From positions 1,947,620 through 1,971,619 of the forward strand of contig NZ_OZ201293.1 in the NCBI RefSeq assembly GCF_964332355.1: a stretch of DNA of 24,000 nucleotides. Direction: 5' to 3'. Position 1 is the first letter of the stretch. Every line of letters begins with the position of its first letter. Below the pieces are notes generated by a model. The model saw only the letters and a list, made by a program, of their open reading frames with translations, was not told the DNA's origin and did not search any database. The DNA is from Imbroritus primus (GTDB lineage: Bacteria; Pseudomonadota; Gammaproteobacteria; Burkholderiales; Burkholderiaceae). Position numbers and translations under genes: made by a program. Below, one piece after another: positions 9,404 through 17,554 of this stretch.

Positions 9404-10198
9404 ATGAAACAATACCTCGACCTGATGCGCCACGTGTATGAGCATGGCGTGGAAAAATCGGACCGGACCGGTACCGGCACACGCTCGGTCTTTGGCCACC
9501 AGATGCGCTTCGATCTGCAGCAGGGTTTTCCCATGGTGACGACCAAGAAGCTACATCTGAAATCCATCATTTATGAGCTGTTGTGGTTTCTCCAGGGCGC
9601 AACCAATGCGCGCTGGCTGCAGGAGCACGGCGTAACGATCTGGGATGAATGGGCCGATGCCAGCGGCGAACTGGGGCCGATCTATGGTTACCAATGGCGT
9701 TCCTGGCCGGCGCCGGATGGCCGCCACATCGACCAGATCAGCCAGTTGATGGACCAGTTGCGCAGCAATCCCGATTCGCGCCGCCTGATCGTATCGGCTT
9801 GGAACGTGGCCGATATCCCGCGCATGAAACTGCCGCCGTGCCACGCTTTCTTCCAGTTCTACGTGGCCGAGGGCAAGCTGTCGTGCCAGCTATACCAGCG
9901 CAGTGCCGACATCTTCCTGGGCGTGCCGTTCAACATCGCCAGCTACGCCCTGCTCACGCACATGATCGCCCAGCAAGCGGATCTCGATGTCGGTGATTTC
10001 GTCTGGACCGGCGGCGACTGCCACCTCTACAGCAACCATTTCGAACAGGTCCGCACGCAACTGGCCCGTGAGCCCATGCCGCTGCCGACCCTGAACTTCA
10101 CACGCAAGCCGGATTCGATCTTCGACTACCGTTTCGAGGACTTCGATATTGCCGGCTACACCTCCCATCCGGCCATCAAGGCCCCGGTTGCCGTTTGA
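9404..10198 (+). CDS. thyA: Thymidylate synthase
   Basis: [50 protein letters not shown] active site, [14 protein letters not shown]. Confidence 0.96.
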   Translation: MKQYLDLMRHVYEHGVEKSDRTGTGTRSVFGHQMRFDLQQGFPMVTTKKLHLKSIIYELLWFLQGATNARWLQEHGVTIWDEWADASGELGPIYGYQWRSWPAPDGRHIDQISQLMDQLRSNPDSRRLIVSAWNVADIPRMKLPPCHAFFQFYVAEGKLSCQLYQRSADIFLGVPFNIASYALLTHMIAQQADLDVGDFVWTGGDCHLYSNHFEQVRTQLAREPMPLPTLNFTRKPDSIFDYRFEDFDIAGYTSHPAIKAPVAV

Positions 10199-10268
10199 AC
10201 ATCCAATCGACCGCATGATCGATCACCCGATCGGGTCTGCGGCCGGTTACTGATCCAAGATCCGCATT

Positions 10269-10772
10269 GTGACCATCCTGACCCTGATCGTCGCCAAGTC
10301 CCGCAATCACGTCATTGGCCGTGACAACACGCTGCCGTGGCGCCTCCCCGAGGACCTCGCGCATTTCCGCCGCACGACCATGGGCGCGCCAATCCTGATG
10401 GGCCGCAAGACCTACGAGTCGATCGGCCGTCCTCTGCCGGGCCGGCGCAATATCGTCATCAGCCGTAACCGGGATCTGGTCATCGCAGGTTGCGAAGTCG
10501 CGCATTCGCTTGAAGAGGCGCAACTGCTCTGCATCGGTGTGGAGGAAATCTTCCTCGTCGGCGGTGCGCAGCTGTATGCCGAGGCGTTGCCCAGCGCGGA
10601 CCGGCTGATCGTTACCGAAGTGGATATCGAGATCGATGGTGACGCGTTTTTTCCACCCATCGACCGGAAAGTATGGCGGGAAACCGCGCGCGAAACACAT
10701 CGGGCGGCACCGCCAAATACCTTTTCCTTTGCGTTCGTCACCTACGAGCGCCTGCCATCCCAGGCCGAGTGA
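10269..10772 (+). CDS. folA: Dihydrofolate reductase
   Basis: GTG start; [61 protein letters not shown]; adjacent to thyA. Confidence 0.95.
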   Translation: MTILTLIVAKSRNHVIGRDNTLPWRLPEDLAHFRRTTMGAPILMGRKTYESIGRPLPGRRNIVISRNRDLVIAGCEVAHSLEEAQLLCIGVEEIFLVGGAQLYAEALPSADRLIVTEVDIEIDGDAFFPPIDRKVWRETARETHRAAPPNTFSFAFVTYERLPSQAE

Positions 10773-10805
10773 GGGCTAACCCCGAGTCCTGCCCAGCCGT
10801 GCGCC

Positions 10806-10828
10806 TGTATCACGGCTGATACACTTTT
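10806..10828 (+). terminator. Weak candidate terminator downstream of folA
   Basis: TGTATCA-cggc-TGATACA followed by CTTTT. Confidence 0.3.
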
Positions 10829-10911
10829 GGCCGGTGCGGCGCAGCCCGTTGCCAGCCGCGGCGTCCGGCACCTGACATACCGCTGCGCGCCCCTTCTCCA
10901 CCCCGCTGCCA

Positions 10912-10947
10912 CGCGATATCGGTTTCACGCCTGAAACCGATATCGCG
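10912..10947. promoter_or_regulatory. Perfect palindrome, candidate enhancer-binding site for the sigma54 activator
   Basis: CGCGATATCGGTTTC-acgcct-GAAACCGATATCGCG; 15-bp perfect arms, 6-nt spacer, intergenic, centred ~108 bp upstream of the predicted sigma54 start site. Confidence 0.6.
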
Positions 10948-11011
10948 ACGTTTTCCAGTCATCTCGCGCATCCTCTCCGCCACACCGCCAGCCTGCGGGG
11001 CACATCGCCCG

Positions 11012-11027
11012 TGGCACGCTTGTCGCT
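11012..11027 (+). promoter_or_regulatory. Putative sigma54 (-24/-12) promoter of the fap-like operon
   Basis: TGGCACGCTTGTCGCT: -24 GG and -12 GC with correct 12-nt offset, one mismatch to TGGCAC-N5-TTGC. Confidence 0.75.
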
Positions 11028-11051
11028 ATGGTGTGGGCGAGGGAGAAAGCC

Positions 11052-11522
11052 ATGACGCCTACAACTACATACGTCTGGCGGGGGGAGCCTGCGCGCATCT
11101 TGTGTCTGATGATGCTGTGTGCCGCCGCCGTTCTCGCAGCAATGCCTGCCCAGGCTGACAGCGGGGATATCGTGGTCCTGCGCGAGGTGGCACCACGCGT
11201 GGCCTACCGGGGCCTACCGCGCAACGAAATCCCCGAACACACCGTTATTGATACCTTCCCGCAGCAGCAGTTTGCCCAGGCGACCGACCTTGAACTCGGC
11301 CGTGCTCAGGCCGGACCGCTGCGCTCTGTCCAGGCACAGATCGCCATCGGCAATCCGGCCACCAGCATGGCCCAGCCAGGATCGCTGCTGAGCGACGCGC
11401 TGATCGGAGGTGGCCGGCGCGACGGTGGTGGTGGTATTGCAGATCGCGTGCAACAGGCCACCGGCATGATTTCCGGAGCGGTGGGCCAGGCGCTTGCCCC
11501 ATTGAGCGGAGGCGCGCGATGA
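11052..11522 (+). CDS. fapA: Small exported protein at the FapA position
   Basis: 156-aa ORF with signal-peptide-like N-terminus, preceded by GAGGGAGAAAGCC; first gene of an array syntenic with fapABCDEF. Assignment is by position and size, not motif. Confidence 0.5.
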   Translation: MTPTTTYVWRGEPARILCLMMLCAAAVLAAMPAQADSGDIVVLREVAPRVAYRGLPRNEIPEHTVIDTFPQQQFAQATDLELGRAQAGPLRSVQAQIAIGNPATSMAQPGSLLSDALIGGGRRDGGGGIADRVQQATGMISGAVGQALAPLSGGAR

Positions 11523-12124
11523 ACCGCAATCCGCGTGCATTCGCCTGGCTATCCATCTTCGTCATGCTGTGGTTCGGCCCGGCTCAGGCGCAAAGCATCG
11601 CTCCCCTGCCCGCCAGCCTGTCGACACGGATCGATGATGCAGCAGGCAGTGACATGCGCGGCCGCGTCGCCGTGAACGTGGCGGCAGGCGCAGGGAACGC
11701 CCAATCCAACACGGCTGTTCTGGCGCCAGACGGCGTCGCCGTCGTGCGCCAGAACCAGGCGGCGCGCATCCAGGCCGGACCGGGCGCGGCGTCGAGCCAT
11801 ATCGGCGCCGATGTCTTCCAGAACGCCAATGGCTTGCTCAGCCTCAACATGGCAAGTGGCTACGGCAACCTGCAGGGCAATACCGTCGCGGTCGCACAGG
11901 CCGTCGAGATCGAAACGGTTGCGGACAGCATGCTGCAGTCCACCACCGCGCACAGGAGTCGCAGCGATGCACCCGTTGTCGTGCCATCGCACCGCCAGGC
12001 AACGGTTCACCCGGATGCCTTCGCCGGTGCCAATGGCATCGTCCAGGTGAATCAGGCGGCAGGATCGGGGAATGTCGCATCCAACGTTTTTGTGCTCCGT
12101 CCCCCGGCGGGCACTTTTTTCTAA
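11519..12124 (+). CDS. fapB: FapB-like amyloid minor subunit/nucleator with three degenerate repeats
   Basis: Signal peptide; VAVNVAAGAGNAQSNTAVL, LLSLNMASGYGNLQGNTVAV, IVQVNQAAGSGNVASNVFVL repeats; ATGA overlap with the preceding ORF. Confidence 0.72.
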   Translation: MNRNPRAFAWLSIFVMLWFGPAQAQSIAPLPASLSTRIDDAAGSDMRGRVAVNVAAGAGNAQSNTAVLAPDGVAVVRQNQAARIQAGPGAASSHIGADVFQNANGLLSLNMASGYGNLQGNTVAVAQAVEIETVADSMLQSTTAHRSRSDAPVVVPSHRQATVHPDAFAGANGIVQVNQAAGSGNVASNVFVLRPPAGTFF

Positions 12125-12143
12125 GTGAAGGCAGGAGAATGTC

Positions 12144-12983
12144 ATGAAAGCAAAACTTGTTGCACTGGCAGCATTGGCCACGCTGTCTTCCGGCGTCGTC
12201 TTTGCCGGGTCGGGATATGGGTCGCATGACAAGCCGGATGATGCGGATATCTACAACTACACGCATCTGTCCAATGACATCCATGTCGCCGGATACGGGC
12301 TGGCACTGGGTCTGATCAAGTTCGGCGCGGAATCGGCCGCCACGGTCAACAGCGATCAGATCAGCATGTTCGGCACGACGATGAATTTCGGTGGCGAAAA
12401 CAAGGCACGCCTTGGTGGTAATGCGCTGCGCGGCGCGGAAGGCAATATCGGTGTGAACGTGTCGGCTGGCGCGGGCAATGCCCAGGCCAACGACGCGGCA
12501 CTGACCGCAGTGGATGGCGGCGGCTCGTCGCATAGCAACGGATATCGCAAGGATCACAAGGACAACGATGCGGCAGCCGTATTTGCAGCGGCACAGGTGT
12601 TCTCGTCGCAGACTGGCAAGTCGAACCTCGCGATGGTATCCAATGCGGAAAACGTCGCATCCCTCAACGGCAATGCGCTGCGCAATGCGGCGGGCAATAT
12701 CGGCGTGAACATCGCATCGGGCGCCGGCAACCTGCAGAACAATGGCATGGCCGGTTCGACCAACAGCTCTGGCACGCTGGCGAAGGCCACGTCGTCCAAT
12801 GCCCAGGCATCGTTCGGCAACGTGCTGTTTGAGCTGGGCTGCGATCCGGTCAACAGCGCCGTGGTTTCCGGCAATGCACTGCGCGGGGCGACCGGCAACA
12901 TCGGTCTGAACCTGACGGCTGGCGCTGGCAACCTGCAGCACAACGGTCTGGCCATTGCCACGGCGACTGCGCCGCGGAATTGA
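12144..12983 (+). CDS. fapC: FapC-like major functional amyloid subunit with three repeats separated by variable linkers
   Basis: MKAKLVALAALATLSSGVVFA signal peptide; GNALRGAEGNIGVNVSAGAGNAQAN, GNALRNAAGNIGVNIASGAGNLQNN, GNALRGATGNIGLNLTAGAGNLQHN. Confidence 0.8.
   Translation: MKAKLVALAALATLSSGVVFAGSGYGSHDKPDDADIYNYTHLSNDIHVAGYGLALGLIKFGAESAATVNSDQISMFGTTMNFGGENKARLGGNALRGAEGNIGVNVSAGAGNAQANDAALTAVDGGGSSHSNGYRKDHKDNDAAAVFAAAQVFSSQTGKSNLAMVSNAENVASLNGNALRNAAGNIGVNIASGAGNLQNNGMAGSTNSSGTLAKATSSNAQASFGNVLFELGCDPVNSAVVSGNALRGATGNIGLNLTAGAGNLQHNGLAIATATAPRN
12417..12956 (+). repeat. Three ~29-aa coding repeats (12417-12503, 12669-12755, 12870-12956)
   Basis: Consensus GNALRxAxGNIGVNxxxGAGNxQxN; starts spaced 252 and 201 bp. 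Confidence 0.9.
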
Positions 12984-13062
12984 TGGTCCGTTTCACGGCA
13001 CCATGTGCCGCACGCGGTGGCCGTCCACGGATGGCCACCGCCCTGGGATGACGAGACACGCC

Positions 13063-13755
13063 ATGCGCCTCTATACGATCCTCGCCGCACCTCTGACAGG
13101 ATGGCTCCTGTGCAGTGGCGTGGCCGCGCAGACGGCCGTGCCGCTGCAGATCGACGGGCAGCCGGCAATCACCAAGCGCGTGACGAGCCTGGCCGCGATG
13201 CGTTACCGCAATGTGATGCGCCAGGAACTGGATTTCAGTTGCGGCGCGGCAGCGCTCGGTACGTTGCTGCGGTATGGCTATGGGGTCGATATCGAAGAAC
13301 GCCGCATCATCAGCGACATGCTCAAGATATCGGACGCCGAGGAAGTCATGCGGCGCGGATTTTCAATGCTGGACATGCGCAACTATGTCGAGACGCTCGG
13401 CTTTCGTGGCACAGGATTCCGTGTCGAACTGAGCGCGCTGCGGCAACTCAGGATTCCCGTGATCGTCCTTCTGGACATCAAGGGATACCAGCATTTCGTC
13501 GTGGTACGCCAGGCGGCGGAAGGACGGGTATTCGTCTCCGACCCTGCGCTGGGCAACCGCATCATGCCGGAGCATGAATTTGCCGAAGCATGGAACAACC
13601 TCGTGTTTGCCGTGATCGGCCAGCCTTTCCCGCAAACGTCAGAGCTGCTCAAGGCCGACGCGCCTGTACTCCGCCAGCGCACCGACGCGGCGATGCGTGC
13701 AGGCGCGCGGGCGCCGTCAGTCGATTTCGGGCTGGCGCACATGGATTTTTTCTGA
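13063..13755 (+). CDS. fapD: FapD-like C39-family cysteine peptidase
   Basis: Signal peptide; QELDFSCGAAALGTLLRYGYG (Cys), GYQHFVVV (His), VFVSDPALGNR (Asp) arrangement of C39 peptidases. ATG at 13048 is an alternative start. Confidence 0.82.
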   Translation: MRLYTILAAPLTGWLLCSGVAAQTAVPLQIDGQPAITKRVTSLAAMRYRNVMRQELDFSCGAAALGTLLRYGYGVDIEERRIISDMLKISDAEEVMRRGFSMLDMRNYVETLGFRGTGFRVELSALRQLRIPVIVLLDIKGYQHFVVVRQAAEGRVFVSDPALGNRIMPEHEFAEAWNNLVFAVIGQPFPQTSELLKADAPVLRQRTDAAMRAGARAPSVDFGLAHMDFF

Positions 13756-13756
13756 C

Positions 13757-14515
13757 ATGAACAACGCTCGCTGGATTCTTCCCATGACCCTGCTGGCATG
13801 TGGCACGCCAGCCTGGTCAGCCGCGCCGGTCCAGCCCGTGATGGTCGAGCTGGTCGATGATGGTGAACTTGCTGCCGCGCGCGGCAAATACCTCGGCCAG
13901 TTCGTCGTAACAGGATTCATGGTTGAAATGGCGACGCAATGGCTCAATCATGAAGCGCTTGCCACGGCAAGTGCGCGCCTGACCGCTGCCGGTCTCGATC
14001 GCGGCGGCCACCCGGAAGTCTCTGTGAATACCGCCGCAAACGTCAATGCGTCGGCGCAGGCTTCTTCTGCCCCCGCGCCTGCCGGTGTAGCCGGTCTGCA
14101 GATCAGCGGGCTCGGGCAGATCTCGCAGATCGCTGGCGATGGCAACACCATGGCCAATGTCACAACCATCGCCTTCCAGCGTGAGCCGCTGCCAGGCGCT
14201 GGGCCAGGCGGCACCACGACAAGCGATGCGGCTGCGGCCGGCTATCGTGCCCACGCCGCCATCGCCGGCAATACCTTGCTGATTGGCGTAGCGACACCCA
14301 ATGGGGTCGCAACCCAGGCAATTCAATCCCGCGCTCATTCGGTCAATACCGGTGGAGCGGGCAACCTGATGCAGACGGCGCAGATCGTCGGCCATCAACA
14401 ACAAGTCGTTAACCAGATGTCGGTGCAGCTCCAGATCCGGTCGATGAGTGCCAGCCAGTTGTCGCAGATCGGTATCGGACAAGCACTGGAGGCAGTTTCG
14501 ATGTTGCGTCGTTAG
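13757..14515 (+). CDS. fapE: FapE-like secreted/accessory protein
   Basis: 252-aa exported protein between the C39 peptidase and beta-barrel gene; Asn/Gly/Gln-rich C-terminal half (TGGAGNLMQTAQIVGHQQQVVNQM). Confidence 0.6.
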   Translation: MNNARWILPMTLLACGTPAWSAAPVQPVMVELVDDGELAAARGKYLGQFVVTGFMVEMATQWLNHEALATASARLTAAGLDRGGHPEVSVNTAANVNASAQASSAPAPAGVAGLQISGLGQISQIAGDGNTMANVTTIAFQREPLPGAGPGGTTTSDAAAAGYRAHAAIAGNTLLIGVATPNGVATQAIQSRAHSVNTGGAGNLMQTAQIVGHQQQVVNQMSVQLQIRSMSASQLSQIGIGQALEAVSMLRR

Positions 14516-14574
14516 CCATGCGCTCACTGGTTTGAACAGGTAAGTGCCTGGCTTTTTTCCGGGGGGAAACAGCC

Positions 14575-15816
14575 ATGTCAAGCAAGCGTCAATGGGCGAC
14601 AGCTCTGGTAGGTGTACTCCTGCCGATCGCCGCCGCCAGTCAGGAAGTCATCGGTCAGGATCCACGCGTTCCGGAGTTGATGCGCCAGATCGAGCGTCAA
14701 TCAACTCTGATCCAGGCGCTCGAAAACCGGCTCAATGAACTTGAGATGCGCCAGACGCGGGGCCGAGGTACCGATGGGCCGATGCTGGCACAAGCCGGCG
14801 GCGACAGCCGCACGCCGGAAGTGACCATCGGCTCGGAGGCACGCGATACCCAGCAGCAGGCGCGCGTACAGAGCAAGGACCTCATCTACCAGACCGAGCA
14901 CGCCCCGCTGTTCGAGCGCCGCTTTACCATCGACGCCGGTTTCAGTTATAGCTACTACGATCGAAGGCGGTTGGCACTGAGCGGCTTCCTGGCGTTGGAT
15001 GCGATTTTCCTCGGCACCATCAATCTCGACCAGACCAAGTCGAGCACCCTTACCTGGGATGTCACTGGCCGCTACGGGCTCACGGACCGCCTCAGCATCG
15101 ATGCCAACGTGCCGTTCGTCTACCGCAACAGCTCATTCTTTTCGGGCGGTGCGGGCGGCGCGGCGACGGTGGTCAGCGAAGCCAGCAAATCGTCTACCAA
15201 TATCGGCGACGTCAGTGTCGGGCTGTACTATCAGCTCATCAAGGAAGCCGCCGGCGTGCCGGACGTGGTAGCAAGCTTGCGTGTACGCGCGCCGACTGGC
15301 AAGGCGCCGTTCGGCATCAAGCTGGTGCAGGCCGATGCGACCAACACTAACCTGAATATCGAGGAAAGCCTGCCGACTGGTAATGGCGTTTGGAGCGGCA
15401 CCCTCGGCCTGTCGTTCCTGAAAACGTATGACCCGATCGTACTGTTTGCCAGCCTCGGCTATACGTACAACAAGCCGCAGTCCTTCTCCGATATTTCGTC
15501 GGTCCAGGGCGTTGTCACGCCTGGCCGCGTCAAGCTCGGCGACTCGATCAACGTCGGTGGTGGTCTCGCCATTGCGCTGAACGACCGGACCGCGCTGTCA
15601 ATGGCATACAGCAACGTGTTTTCGCGCGCCACCAAGGTCACCACGGCGACGGGCACGCAATCGGTGATCGGCAGCAAGACCAATGCGGCAACGATGACTT
15701 TCGGCCTGAATCACGTCCTGACGAAGAATCTTTCGATCAGTGCTTCGCTGGCGCTGGGTATGACACCGGACGCACCGAACTATGTGTTCGGCTTGCGATT
15801 CCCTTACACGTTTTGA
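14575..15816 (+). CDS. fapF: FapF-like outer-membrane beta-barrel secretion channel
   Basis: 413-aa ORF; signal peptide, N-terminal coiled coil VPELMRQIERQSTLIQALENRLNELEMRQ, alternating beta-barrel-like segments and terminal aromatic residue (VFGLRFPYTF). Confidence 0.78.
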   Translation: MSSKRQWATALVGVLLPIAAASQEVIGQDPRVPELMRQIERQSTLIQALENRLNELEMRQTRGRGTDGPMLAQAGGDSRTPEVTIGSEARDTQQQARVQSKDLIYQTEHAPLFERRFTIDAGFSYSYYDRRRLALSGFLALDAIFLGTINLDQTKSSTLTWDVTGRYGLTDRLSIDANVPFVYRNSSFFSGGAGGAATVVSEASKSSTNIGDVSVGLYYQLIKEAAGVPDVVASLRVRAPTGKAPFGIKLVQADATNTNLNIEESLPTGNGVWSGTLGLSFLKTYDPIVLFASLGYTYNKPQSFSDISSVQGVVTPGRVKLGDSINVGGGLAIALNDRTALSMAYSNVFSRATKVTTATGTQSVIGSKTNAATMTFGLNHVLTKNLSISASLALGMTPDAPNYVFGLRFPYTF

Positions 15817-15877
15817 CGCATAAAGGGGGGAGAACACGGTATCCACAAGGTTCGAGCCTGATATCGTGTGCGACTTG

Positions 15878-15908
15878 GAGGCCCATCGCCAGATCGGGCC
15901 TCTTTTTT
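15878..15908 (+). terminator. Rho-independent terminator of the fap-like operon
   Basis: GAGGCCC-atcgccagatc-GGGCCTC-TTTTTT; partly overlaps the stop of the convergent gene. Confidence 0.85.
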
Positions 15909-17274
15909 ATGGCAGGTATTTTTCGATGGATTCGAGCCGATCATCGGCGCGGATGCCATGCTTCTGCATCAGCCGATACAGCGTGACGCGTGACACGTTC
16001 AGTTCGCGTGCCGCCGGACAAACGTGATTGCCATTGCGTGCGATCACCTGCCGGATGATATTTCGCTCCGCCTGCTGCCGCGCCCCTTCGAGTGTGATGG
16101 GATCGGAGGCACTGTGATCCACAAGCTGGAGATCGGCTGCAGTCAGGGTACGCCCTTCGGACATGACGATCGCGCGGCGGACACGATTGATGAGTTCTCG
16201 CACATTGCCTGGCCAGGAGTAACTCATCATCGCTCGCATGGCACATGCCGAAAAGCCGCGGATCTTGCGCTGGGCTTCGCCCTGATGCTGACGCAGGACA
16301 TTCTCCGCGAGCAGCAGGATATCCTCGGAGCGCTCGCGCAGGGGTGGGATTTCCAGTGTCAGCACGCATAGGCGGTGATAAAGGTCGCTGCGGAACAGTC
16401 CTTCACGCTGCGCCGCGCCCACGTCGACATGCGTCGCCGAGATGATGCGAATATCGAGCTCGATCGATTCATGCCCACCCAGCCGCGTGATCGTGCCTTG
16501 CTGGAGAAAGCGCAGCAGGCTGACCTGACTTTCCAGCGGCAAGTCACCGATCTCGTCGAGAAACAGCGTGCCATGATTGGCCTGCTCGATCCAGCCGATC
16601 TTGCGCTGGTTCGCGCCGGTGAACGCACCACGCTCATAGCCGAACAGTTCTGACTGGATGAGATTGGGCGGAATGGCCCCGCAATTGATGGCGATAAAAG
16701 GCTTGTCGCGTCGGCGTGACATATGGTGGATCGACTGCGCAGCCAGTTCCTTGCCGACTCCGGACTCGCCGAAGATGAATACCGGCGCATTGTTGCGCGC
16801 CACCTTGCCAATGGTGCGCAACAAACGCTTCATGACATCGCTGCGCCCCAACATCGGGCCGCTTTCCAGCGGAGATGGCGGCTCGTACGCACGCAGCCTG
16901 GCCATGCCATAGGCGTGGCGCAATGAATAGGCCACCTCGTCGCACGAGAACGGTACCTGCACGTAGTCCACACAGTAGTCGAGGATCAGGCGTCGCAAGC
17001 GTGGATCTTCCAGTTCCATGGTCCGCGCTGCGACCACCCAGCCGACGTGCGGCTGGGGCAACATGCGTTCCATCAACGCGAGATCGGCCGAGGTGACGCC
17101 GCCCGTACAATCGAGCAAGGCGGCCATGCAGTGGCCTTGGCGCACCACTTCCTGAGCCTGGTGGATCGAGTTGGCGTGGATCACATTCCAGCCGGCACCC
17201 AGGACAGGCACGTCGATACCACAATTGTCTGACGGCGAAACGATCAACGCCGTCCATCCCGTCATCCCTGCCAC
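15907..17274 (-). CDS. Sigma54-dependent transcriptional activator (receiver-like N-terminus, AAA+, Fis-type HTH)
   Basis: GESGVGKEL Walker A, ELFGYERGAFTGA sigma54-contact motif, GTLFLDEIGDLPLESQ, YSWPGNVRELIN, C-terminal HVCPAARELNVSRVTLYRLMQKHGI. Confidence 0.9.
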   Translation of the reverse strand: MAGMTGWTALIVSPSDNCGIDVPVLGAGWNVIHANSIHQAQEVVRQGHCMAALLDCTGGVTSADLALMERMLPQPHVGWVVAARTMELEDPRLRRLILDYCVDYVQVPFSCDEVAYSLRHAYGMARLRAYEPPSPLESGPMLGRSDVMKRLLRTIGKVARNNAPVFIFGESGVGKELAAQSIHHMSRRRDKPFIAINCGAIPPNLIQSELFGYERGAFTGANQRKIGWIEQANHGTLFLDEIGDLPLESQVSLLRFLQQGTITRLGGHESIELDIRIISATHVDVGAAQREGLFRSDLYHRLCVLTLEIPPLRERSEDILLLAENVLRQHQGEAQRKIRGFSACAMRAMMSYSWPGNVRELINRVRRAIVMSEGRTLTAADLQLVDHSASDPITLEGARQQAERNIIRQVIARNGNHVCPAARELNVSRVTLYRLMQKHGIRADDRLESIEKYLP

Positions 17275-17554
17275 AGCCGCCTCTCCTTTTTATCCGGGTG
17301 GCAGGCACGCGTGATATTTCACGCACCGGACACTGCGGTCCGTTGCCATCCCGAAGAACCGGTCGTTCTTCTGATCGAGTACGTGCAATACGGGGAAAAT
17401 TCTTAAGGCCCGCTCTGAGAGCATAGATCAGAATGGGCAACAGTCAACGCGTATTTATGCGATCTGCCACAGCCACTGGCAGATCGGCGATGGTGCACCA
17501 AAACAGCGAACGCGACCTGGTGACCGGGGAATGGTTGTGACGGGAAACCGTTGA

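Noticed and set aside
10912-10947. Palindrome interpreted as folA terminator
   Set aside because: It lies ~140 bp beyond folA and is followed by GACGTTTTCC without a proper U-tract; the position fits an activator site better, though a terminator role is not excluded.
11028-11051. Track start codon at 11028 for the first fap-like gene
   Set aside because: It abuts the predicted sigma54 -12 element and would be upstream of the predicted transcript start; ATG at 11052 has a ribosome site and begins the signal peptide.
11844-12941. 365-aa minus-strand ORF opposite the amyloid subunit genes
   Set aside because: Its quasi-periodic translation simply reflects the sense-strand repeats; the sense products have signal peptides and gene-like context.
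12417-12956. Repeated DNA considered as CRISPR or tandem mobile repeats
   Set aside because: Units are in-frame coding repeats with unequal spacers, inside a protein with a signal peptide; no cas genes.
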